Shown: positions 54,150 to 64,000 of the stretch, piece after piece | Position numbering within the stretch: the first letter of the stretch is position 1 | Layout: each line of letters begins with the position of its first letter | Origin: Octopus vulgaris | Lineage: Eukaryota | NCBI GenBank assembly: GCA_951406725.2 | Contig: OX597841.1 | Coordinates: 3,162,001-3,226,000, forward strand | Length of the DNA stretch: 64,000 nucleotides | Direction of reading: 5' to 3' | Notes under the pieces: model-generated | The model's database searches: none | What the model was told of the DNA's origin: nothing | What the model saw: only the letters and a program-made list of their open reading frames with translations | Program-made: the position numbers and the translations under genes

Positions 54150-55319
54150 ATGGAAAAGAGTGAGAAAGTAGAAGAATTGATTTTGCATGAAGACATAAAA
54201 GAGATGAGAAAGTCTTCATATGACTGTGATGTCTGTAAAAGGTCCTTCTCTCAAAAAAGTGACCTCACTGAACACAAACTTATTCATAGACAAGAAAAGC
54301 TATATCATTGTGATATCTGTGGTAAATCATTCTCTCAAAGTAGTAATCTTTCTAAACACAAGCGTGTTCACAGACGAGAGAAGTCACATCATTGTGTTAT
54401 TTGTGGCAAGTCATTCTCTCATAGTAGTGCTTTATCAAAACACATATATACTCATACAGGAGAGAAACCATATTCTTGTGATATCTGTGGTAAATCATTC
54501 TCTCAGAGTAGTAATCTTTCTACACACATACGTATTCATACAGGGGAGAAACCATATCACTGTGGTATCTGTGGTAAATCATTCTCTCAATATAGTAATT
54601 TAACTGTACACAGACATAGTCATACTGGAGAGGAGCCATATCAGTGTGATATCTGTGGTAAATCATTCTCTCAAAATAGTCAGTTAACTAAACATAAACG
54701 TATTCATTCAGGAGAAAAACCATTTCATTGTGATATCTGTGGTAAATCATTCACTGACTGTAGTAGTTTAAATTCACACAAACGTGTTCATACAGGAGAG
54801 AAATCATATCATTGTGGTAGCTGTGGTAAATCATTCTCTGATAGTAGTGCGTTACCAAGACACAAATGTATTAATGCAGGAGACAAGCCATGTCAGTGTG
54901 ATATCTGTGGCAAATCATTCTCTCGAAATGGTGATTTAACTAAACACAAACGTAGTCATACAGGAGAGAAGCCATACCACTGTGATATCTGTGGTAACTC
55001 ATTCTCTGAAAGTAGTACTTTACATAGACACAAACGTATTCATACAGGAGAGAAGCCATATTATTGTGACATCTGTGATAAATCATTCTCTCGAAATGGT
55101 GATTTAACTAAACACAAACGTAGTCATACAGGAGAGAAGCCATACCACTGTGATATCTGTGGTAACTCATTCTCTGATAGTAGTGGCTTAAATAAACACA
55201 AACGTATTCATACAGGAGAGAAGCCTTATCAGTGTGATATCTGTGGTAAATCATTCTCTCGAAATAGTCATTTAACTGGACACAAACTTATTCATACAGG
55301 AGAGAAAAAAAAAGGGTAG
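54150..55319 (+). CDS. C2H2 zinc-finger protein ZNF-9, 13 fingers
   Basis: Conserved ATG at 54150 (MEKSEK); intact to TAG. Confidence 0.94.
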   Translation: MEKSEKVEELILHEDIKEMRKSSYDCDVCKRSFSQKSDLTEHKLIHRQEKLYHCDICGKSFSQSSNLSKHKRVHRREKSHHCVICGKSFSHSSALSKHIYTHTGEKPYSCDICGKSFSQSSNLSTHIRIHTGEKPYHCGICGKSFSQYSNLTVHRHSHTGEEPYQCDICGKSFSQNSQLTKHKRIHSGEKPFHCDICGKSFTDCSSLNSHKRVHTGEKSYHCGSCGKSFSDSSALPRHKCINAGDKPCQCDICGKSFSRNGDLTKHKRSHTGEKPYHCDICGNSFSESSTLHRHKRIHTGEKPYYCDICDKSFSRNGDLTKHKRSHTGEKPYHCDICGNSFSDSSGLNKHKRIHTGEKPYQCDICGKSFSRNSHLTGHKLIHTGEKKKG

Positions 55320-55585
55320 TTTGTGAGGGTTCCTTTGTAAACTACGTTTCCTTTATGTAATGAAAATTATGACTTTAAAAATAATGCTTTTCCAAGAATT
55401 TCAGTTTTTATCTTTCTTTCCAAATTTTCTCCCTGTCCTTTCCCCTACTTTCATGTTCCTTTTCTTTCCCATGATGTAGGGACCTCTGTTCTGGAACACC
55501 TCTTCCTGCCAGCTTTACACAAGTTTCTTTCTTGAATATCACTTGCACAATTCACTCTATATTTTTTATTAATTTTTAAGTTGTA

Positions 55586-56290
55586 GGTGCAGGAGTGGCT
55601 GTGTGGTAAGTAGCTTGCTTACCAGCCACATAGTTCCGGGTTCAGTCTCACTGCATGACACCTTGGGCTAGTGTCTTCTACTATAGCCTTCGGGCCGACC
55701 AAAGCCTTGTGAGTGGATTTGGTAGGCAGAAACTGAAAGAAGCTCGTCATGTATGTCATCATCATCGTTTAACGTCTGTTTTCCGTGCTAGCACGGGTTG
55801 GACGATTCGACCGGGGTCTGGGAAGCCAGGGGCTGCACCAGGCACCAGTTTGATCTGGCAGTGTTTCTACAGCTGGATGCCCTTCCTAACGACAACCACT
55901 CCGCAAGTGTAGTGGGTGCTTTTTATGTGCCACCGGCACAGGTGCCAGGGCAGTCTGGCATCGGCCACGATCGGTTGGTGCTTTTAACGTGCCCACGACA
56001 CGGAAGCCAGTCAAGGCGGTGCTGGCATCGGCCACGTTCGGATGGTGCTTTTTATGTATATGCATATATATATATGTTTGTGTCTGTGTTTGTCTCCTCC
56101 CTTCCCCACCAACATCACTTGACAACCGATGCTAGTGTGTTTACGTCCCCGTCACTTAGCGGTTCGGCAAAAAAGACTGATAGAATAAGTACTAGGTTTA
56201 CAAGGTATAAGTCCTGGGGTCGATTTGTTCGACTAAATGTGGTGCTCCAGCATGGCCACAGTCAAATGACTGAAACAAGTGAGAGAGTAA
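55586..56290 (+). mobile_element. SINE family A with nested family D (duplicate of 51360-52061)
   Basis: Near-identical composite. Confidence 0.82.
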
Positions 56291-56524
56291 GTATGAAACG
56301 GAAGAGACCACAAAGGGAAAACATGGGGTGTAACTACAGTTTAGTGCTCCACTACAGACTATTTTCTCATAAATTTCAGAAGAATTATGTTTTATATCAA
56401 ACTCAGTAAAGGTCTAGATTACAATTATCTTACTGAAATTTGAAGAAAAAATTTCTCAAGGAGAGTGTCATCCTTGTCAACTCCACCCTGGTTTTCTCCG
56501 GGATCAAAGTCCAATTGATTAGCT

Positions 56525-56757
56525 AAAGGGATAGCCTAGATGAGATGCAGTTTGGTTTTGTGCCAGGGAGAAGCACTCTAGATGCTCTTCTTAGTAAGGC
56601 AACTGCTGGAACAGAATTTAGAGAAAAATAAACCTTTGTATTTGGCTTTTGCTGACATGGACAAATCTTTTGACAGGGATCCTTGCTCCTTTATCTGGTG
56701 GTCTATGTGGTAGCTTGGGATAGATGAGTGGTTTTTGAACAGCATACAAGCCCTGTA
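56525..56757 (+). mobile_element. RTE LINE reverse-transcriptase fragment
   Basis: MQFGFVPGRSTLDA / VRQLLEQ...LYLAFADMDKSFD; inverted copy at ~61145-61380. Confidence 0.75.
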
Positions 56758-56954
56758 TAAGGTGGTATCAAAATGTTCCCAGACTAGTTATATTTAATTA
56801 CTAGTTATGTCTTGACATCATCTCCAAAATTTTTGCCCTGGGCCTTAGCCACAGCAATAAATTGTCCACTTATTGGGGATCCTTTCTTTAGGCTTTTTTT
56901 CCCAGCAGTTCGATGTACTTAATAAAAGCAATTTGTTCCAAATTTTGAATTTCT

Positions 56955-58440
56955 TGGTGGTATCAAAATGTTCCCACACTAATTATATTTAATTACTAGT
57001 TATGTCTTGACATCATCTCCAAAATTGTCACCTTGAACAGTGATACACCGGTCCCAGCGTTCTTGCCACACTTGGAATTTGACCTTTGAGTGAGTTGAGG
57101 ACCTTCTGTGATTAGTTCTGGATCTTGATGTTCTTAAAATGGCAACCTTTGAGATGCATTTTCACCTTATGGAAGATATGGAAGTCTACAGCTGCTAAAT
57201 ATGGTGAATCAAGCAGGTGGAGCAGCAGCACCATATTGTTTTTGGCAAGTAATTCACGAGTGAGGAGAGCTCAGTGACAGGGCGCATTATTGTTGTGAAG
57301 AATCGAATCCTCTATACTTCAAAACTCTGTGGCTTTTGTTGAATGTCCTCTCTCAGATGCTTCAAAATGTCACAGTAGAACTCTCAATTGAAACCCTGAC
57401 CCTAGGGGATGAATTCTCAATGCACAATGGTAAGTCTTTTACTACAGATGTCGAAAGAAGCTAGCATGCCCTTGATTGAGCTGTGGCTCTGTTGTGCCTT
57501 CTTTGTTCCTGTAGATGAAGGGCCCATCCGTTGTGATGACTGCTGCTTTGTCTCCCGTTATATCTGTGGAACTCCCCTACCTTTCACAAGACATGATATG
57601 TATGTATGTGTATATATATCATCATCATCATTGTTCAACCATGGTCGAGACAATGGAATTTACCATGCTATGCCAGACCTCACGGTCCATCATGGCATTA
57701 CAGAGGTCCTGTTGCTGGATGCCTGTATCCCTGGAGATTACATCAGGGTAGGTGTGCGCCCTCTGGTATTGCGAGTAGATGGCTTCCAGAGGAGAAGAGT
57801 AGAAATTGCCTCATCTTCAGCTCTACAACAATGTCCAGCAAACTGGACTCTTCTACCTTTCACGAGAGATGACACAGGTGGTAGTTTCCCATCTATTTGC
57901 ATTTTGGTTGGATGACGCTTCCACGAGAGATTTTGAGCTCTCATAAGGAGGTGAGTGTAGGTTCCATCCAACCGCCTCTCAAGCTTCTTGTCACCAGTGA
58001 TGATTGTTGACATCAAACATGGGTCATCGGTGGCATGCTGACAGAGATCTTGATAGACTGACATGGTGTACTTTCTTATCAGGGATCAGGAGGCAGGGGA
58101 CAAACTGGGCAGACGCACAGACCAACTACATCAGCGATGTCGATTGTCCTCTGATGATCCTCATGCACAAGCTTATAAATTTTCTCCACTTATCTGGAGA
58201 GGATGCACATGGAAGGTTATCTAGTATCATTCATTGTCTTCCAGGAACATTCTTCCAATTCTGAAGCGCCTGTGCCACTCAAAACATTGCATATAATCCA
58301 TTGACTTGTTGCCATAAGCTTGCCAAAGCAGACTTCCCGAGTTTAATGCAAAATTCTGCATTGGCTCTTTGTTCTGGTTTCCTGTCCATGGCAAACTGCA
58401 GCAGACACATGATTGCAAATTGCACAACTTGCGAAGTAAA
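56955..58440 (-). mobile_element. Degenerate mariner relic interrupted by an RTE fragment (~57620-57990)
   Basis: MDRKPEQRANAEFCIKLGKS and CFEWHRRFRIGR at the 5' end; HNNAPCH, DSPYLAAVDF and WQERWDRCITVQGD at the 3' end. Terminus GGTGGTATCAAAATGTTCCC. Confidence 0.72.
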
Positions 58441-58459
58441 CACTGATGTCATGGTAGCC

Positions 58460-58678
58460 AAGTTGGCAGAAACGTTAGCACGCCAGGCGAAATGTGTAGC
58501 CGTATTTCGTCTGCCGTTATGTTCTGAGTTCAAATTCTACTGAGGTCGACTTTGCCTTTCATCCTTTCGGGGTTGATTAAATAAGTACCAGTTACGCACT
58601 ACGGTCGATATAATCGACTTAATCCGTTTGTCTGTCCCCTCTGTCTTTAGCCCCTTGTGGGTAGTAAAGAAATAGGTA
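58460..58678 (+). mobile_element. Family C, single unit
   Basis: TGGCAGAAACGTTAGCACGCC...GTAAAGAAATAGGTA. Confidence 0.78.
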
Positions 58679-58896
58679 GCCATGTGTTGGTGCACTGCAA
58701 AACTTTTTGATATTACCTTGTATATGGATTCTGTCATTAAGATGAAAGTTGGCTATGAAGGGAGACGAATTTAGTGTGCATATAATAGAGTTCATCATAG
58801 AACTACAATTATGGTGATTGCGTATATTTTATATGAAACACATGGGAGCTAACTCTTGTACGTACTTTTCCTAGTCTACGTAACAAAAATTTAGTT

Positions 58897-59281
58897 ACTC
58901 TTTTCTTTACATGTTTCAGTCATTTGACCGCGGCCATGCTGGAGCACCGCCTTTAGTCGAGCAAATCGACCCCGGGACTTATTCTTTGTAAGCCCAGTAC
59001 TTATTCTATCTGTCTCTTTTGCCGAACCGCAAAGTGACGGGGACGTAAGCACACCAGCATCGGTTGTCAAGCAATGCTAAGAGGACAAACACAGACACAC
59101 ATATATATATACATATATACGACAGGCTTCTTTCAGTTTTCGTCTACCAAATCCACTCACAAGGCATTGGTCGGCCCGGGGCTATAGCAGAAGACACTCG
59201 CCCAAGATGCCACACAGTAACTGAACCCGGAACCATGTGGTTGGTTAGCAAGCTACTTACCACACAGCCACTCCTGCGCCT
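58897..59281 (-). mobile_element. SINE family A
   Basis: Reverse complement of consensus. Confidence 0.85.
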
Positions 59282-59708
59282 AGATATTTTAGATATTTTA
59301 TGTGAAAATAATTCTAAGCAGCAACACTGATCATAATCATCCTTACATTCCTGGTGCCAACTTCCACATGTTCCAAGCGAGATTATAAGTCTCCCTGTCT
59401 GTCCAAGCAACAAATAGCCCCAGGAGACAAAGCGAAAGATACTAGCTCAATGAGACCTTCATTCACAAAGAATATGCAATACATCAATATATATGAAAGA
59501 ACGAAAACAGGGTGAGGCTGTGGACTGAAAGCAAATGACCGAGGTTTGTTTGGATAGCAACGCCATTGTTTACAGCCAGTGAAAACACATGGAGACGAAC
59601 AGACATAGGAACTCAAACAAATGTACAGCTGTGTTTGTAGGTTGGTAGATATACAGAGAAACAGATAGATGTGTGTGTATGTATACATACGAACAAGCGC
59701 ATATATAT

Positions 59709-60088
59709 ACTCTCTTTTACTTGTTTCAGTCATTTGACTGCGGCCATACTGGAGCATCGCCTTTAGTCGAGCAAATCGACCCCGGGACTTATTCTTTGTA
59801 AGCCCAGTACTTATTCCATCTGTGTCTTTTGCTGAACTGCTAAGTGACGGGGACGTAAACACACCAGCATCGGTTGTCAAGCAATGCTAGGGGGACAAAC
59901 ACATACACACACCTATATATATATATACGACAGGCTTCTTTCAGTTTCCGTCTACTAAATCCACTCACAAGGCATTGGTCGGCCCGGGGCTATAGCAGAA
60001 GACACTTGCCCAAGATGCCACGCAGTGGGACTGAACCCGGAACCATGTGGTTGGTTAGCAAGCTACTTACCACACAGCCACTCCTGTG
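59709..60088 (-). mobile_element. SINE family A
   Basis: Reverse complement of consensus. Confidence 0.85.
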
Positions 60089-60437
60089 CAATTCTGCTTT
60101 TGTTGGCCAAATGAACTGATAAAACAAATGATGGGGCTTCAAACAAACATTAACTACTTTGAAAAGAATGCAATGTAAAAAATGAAGCATAGACAAAACA
60201 ATACCTGCTGTGTGTGTGTTTTTAGGCTTTATTAGATATGACTCTCTCACAGGTATAAAAGAACAGTTTCATATCAAATTTCCAACACAAGAAATTCAAA
60301 ATTTGAAACAAATTGCTTTTATTAAGTATATCAAACTGCTGGGGAAAAAAGCCTAAAGAAAGGATCCCCAATGAGTGGACGAGTTATTGCTGTGGCTAAG
60401 GCCCAGGGCAAAAATTTTGGAGATGATGTCAAGATGT

Positions 60438-61097
60438 CATCATCATTCATCATTGTTCGACCGTGGTCGAGACAATGGAATTTACCATGCTACGCCAGAC
60501 CTCACGGTCCATCATAGCATTACGGAGGTCCTGTTGCTGGATGCCTGTATCCCTGGAGATTGCATCAGGGTAGGAGAGTGTGCGCCCTCTGGTATTGCGA
60601 GTAGATGGCTTCCAGAGGAGAAGAGTAGAAATTACCTCTTTTTCAGCTCTACAACAATGTCCAGCAAACTGAACTCTCCTACCTTTCACAAGAGATGACA
60701 CAGGTGGTACTTTCCCATATATTTGCATTTTGGTTGGATGGCGCTTCCACGAGAGATTTTCAGCTCTCATAAGGAGGCGAGTGTAGGTTCCATCCAACCG
60801 CCTCTCAAGCTTCTTTGATAACGTCCAGGTTTCTGAGCCATATAGTTAAATTGGTTCGACTGTGGCTTTGAAGATTTCAAGTTTGAAGTCTCTACTTAGA
60901 TTTGATGACCAGATCTTATGCATATCATTACAGGCTGACCAGGCCATACCCTTTCTAGTTAGAAAGTCTTTTCCAGATGATGATATGTATGACCCAAGAT
61001 ATTTATAATCAGAAACCATATTTAAGGGCACATTGTTGAGAGTATGGATGATGCAATCACTGTTGGACAGGCACTTGTTTATGTATTCAGTTTTGGT
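60438..61097 (-). mobile_element. RTE-like LINE 3' fragment with (TGA)n tail
   Basis: DYKYLGSYI...LEIFKATVEPI...GTYTRLLMRA...AMMDREVWR. Confidence 0.8.
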
Positions 61098-61875
61098 GTA
61101 ACTAGTTATTAAATATAACTAATCTGGGAACATTTTGATACCACCTTGTACAGGGCTTGTATGCTGTTCACAAACCACTCATCTATCCCAAGCTACCACA
61201 TAGACCACCAGATAAAGGAGCAAGGATCCCTGTCAAAAGATCTGTCTATGTCAGCAAAAGCCAAATACAAAGGTTTATTTTTCTCTAAATTCTTTTCCAG
61301 CAGTTGTCTTACTAAGAAGAGCATCTAGAGTGCTTCTCCCTGGCACAAAACCAAACTGCATCTCATCTAGGCTATCCCTTTTCCTTTAACCAATCAATGA
61401 CGTATTCAGTTGAAAAAATTACTGCTGCTGTTTGCAAACAACTTCCCTGATCCCCTAACAAAACCCTTCTTTAATAACCCTGAGATGTTTTTATGGCAAC
61501 ATACGTTTGCTGTATCAGGGTTGATTTGAGGCTAAAATTACAACAAAATTATTTCTGAGACAGACCAACGACGAAGTCTGTATGTGGTTGCATGACCTGC
61601 TAGAAAAAGAAACCAAACTTTTTTTATATACAGAATAGAAGAACCTCTATCCTGTGATAAACACGTAGAGTCTATCATGTCTGGGAAGAAAGATGGAATG
61701 GTCACAGTTGGGACGTCTTTGATATCTGTTCAATCAGATCCAACTTAGAGCTAAACAAGTGATGAAGGGAACAAGACGAGGCAATGAGAGAGCATTCACC
61801 TGGTTGCTCGAGTTGCTAGAAAGAGCAGCCATATCTTCCTGACAGAAAGAAAAATGAAATGAAATATACTAATTC

Positions 61876-62340
61876 ATCATCATCATTTAACGTCCGCTTT
61901 CCATGCTAGCATGGGTTGGACGGTTCAACTGGGGTCTGGGGAGCCCGAAGGTTGCACCAGGCCAGTCAGATCTGGCAGTGTTTCTACAGCTGGATGCCCT
62001 TCCTAACGCCAACCACTCCGAGAGTGTAGTGGGTGATTTTATGTGCCACCGACACAGGTGCCAGACGAGGCTGGCAAACGGCCACGCTCGGATGGTGTTT
62101 GTTACGTGCCCACAGCACGGAGGCCAGAGCGATGCGGTACTGGCTACGGCCACGTTCAGATGGTTTTCTTGTGTGCCACCGGCACTAATTACCACAAAGA
62201 TACAAATTCCATTGATGTTCATCTATTTGATTTGTTTTGATTTTCACTTGCCTCAACAGGTCTTCACAAGTGTCACAATAGGAAGGTATGCACAGGTGGA
62301 CTGACTACGTCCCAGGTAGGGGCCACGGGTTATGGCCTGA
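61876..62340 (-). mobile_element. Family D copy extending furthest 5', with a further partial copy at ~62750-62985
   Basis: (CAT)n tail and 63-bp-type units; extends beyond the TTGAGGCAAGTG segment. Confidence 0.78.
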
Positions 62341-62341
62341 C

Positions 62342-62752
62342 TAGTTAGTTAGTTAGTTAGTTAATTTGGCTCAAAAGCAAATAGCAAGGCCATGTAGGGG
62401 GACATGGAGTTAAGTACAGGGTGGTGTTCATGTAAAGAGTTCAGGCCACTTGAGGTCCAGGGAGGCTTTGAACAAAGCGGTCGTCGGCATCTTCACCATC
62501 TCGTCTGGCAGCTTGTTCCACGGATCCGCAACCCGGACGGAGAAAGCTCCTCTCCTTCGATTGAGATGAAATCGTCGCAGGTAGAGCTTTTCGGAATGAC
62601 CCCGCAGTCGACGCTCCGGAGCAGGGTGAAGAACAGCTCTTTCGAGAGGTTACACTTCCCGCTTATGATGTTGTGGGCGAGAATGAGATCACCACGGCGG
62701 CGGCGTTTTTCAAGAGAATAAAGGTCGAGCGTCCTCAGCCTTTCTTCGTAGT
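62342..62752 (-). mobile_element. CR1-like LINE 3' end, second family, (AACT)n tail
   Basis: YEERLRTLDLYSLEKRRRRGDLI...FSVRVADPWNKLP. Confidence 0.8.
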
Positions 62753-63554
62753 CTTGCCGGGTCTTCGGATGGTATTTTTATGTGCCACCGACACAGGTGC
62801 CAGATGAGGCTGGCGAACGGCCACGATCGGATGGTGTTTGTTACGTGCCCACAGCACGGAGGCCAGTCGATGCGGTACTGGCTACGGCCACGTTCGGATG
62901 GTTTTCTTGTGTGCCACCGGCACTGGTACCACAAAGATACAAATTCCATTGATGTTCATCTGTTTTGATTTGATTTGATTTGATTTACTAATTCATATTT
63001 ATAATTCTTAATTTTATAAAGTATAATTTTTAATGTGCAATTTATTGTTTAATTTAACGCTTAATTTTAAGGTGATGTAAAATTAGATTAACAATATTTT
63101 GAAAAGAACCTGAAGATGTGTTGGTAGGGATCCTTACCTTTTGACCGACAGATTTAAAAAATAATTTTTTGTTACTTAACACTTTCAAACTTCATACACT
63201 GGTAGAATGTGTCATATAAAACATCTTTTAATCTTGGCTTTATTGAGAAAAGCTCCTATTTAGGAAGTTATTTCACGTTAAAGTTGTAGTCTTTCGGTAA
63301 TTTCAACCAATCAATGACGTGTATTCAGCTGAATAAAATTACTGCTGTTGTTTGTCAACAATAACTTCCGGCTGTGTATTTTTCGTTTGTACTGGTTTTA
63401 GCTTTAAGGTTTTAGGCAAATACTTGCTAGTGATGATCCTCCAAACAACATCAATACTGCTGCACTGAGGAACAAAGGGTTTCTGTAGAAATATTGAGCA
63501 GACAGAATGGAAGAAAAACATATTTATTCAGTCCTATACCCTTATTAGACCACA

Positions 63555-63923
63555 GTGGAGGCGCAATGGCCCAGTGGTTAGGGCAGCGGACTCGCGGTTT
63601 CGATTCCCAGACCGGGCGTCGTGAGTGTTTATTGAGCGAAAACACCTAAAGCTGCACGAGGCTCCGGCAGGGGATGGTGGTGATCCCTGCTGTACTCTTT
63701 CACCACAACTTTCTCTCACTCTTACTTCCTGTTTCTGTTGTACCTGTATTTCAAAGGGCCGGCCTTGTTACTCTCTGTGTCACGCTGAATATCCCCGAGA
63801 ACTACGTTAAGGGTACATGTGTCTGTGGAGTGCTCAGCCACTTGCACGTTAATTTCACGAGCAGGCTGTTCCGTTGATCGGATCAACCGGAACCCTTGTC
63901 GTCGTAACCGACGGAGTGCTTCC
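63555..63923 (+). mobile_element. SINE family B with TSD
   Basis: TSD ATTAGACCACA on both sides. Confidence 0.88.
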
Positions 63924-64000
63924 ATTAGACCACACATTGGCACTGTTGATGCCATCATGGAAGGCAACTGTTGCAAGACTTGTAAGGATAGGGAAGACAG

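Overview
Eukaryotic, AT-rich, repeat-dense DNA carrying a tandem cluster of KRAB-less C2H2 zinc-finger (ZNF) genes. There are nine ORFs of 8-15 TGEKP-linked fingers (eight on +, one on -), one finger-less pseudogene remnant and an intact tRNA-Phe(GAA). The [10 protein letters not shown]-rich arrays and SINE landscape resemble the coleoid cephalopod (Octopus) C2H2 expansion; this taxon call is inference. The genes share one cassette: an NRF1-like site (ACGCATGCGC), often an ETS-like ACTTCC(G), a short non-coding exon ending in GT(A/G)AGT, an intron, the acceptor TTTATTATTTCAG, a conserved upstream ATG, a ~23-aa leader and the finger exon. Three terminal exons (33660, 41682 and the remnant at 12660) have an intact acceptor but no promoter or first exon of their own, suggesting shared-leader genes with alternative terminal ZNF exons. 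The rest comprises four SINE-like families, CR1 and RTE LINE fragments, three mariner relics, two non-autonomous Helitrons, piggyBac, hAT and Merlin-like MITEs, and several local direct and inverted duplications. Repeat coordinates were read by eye and are approximate.
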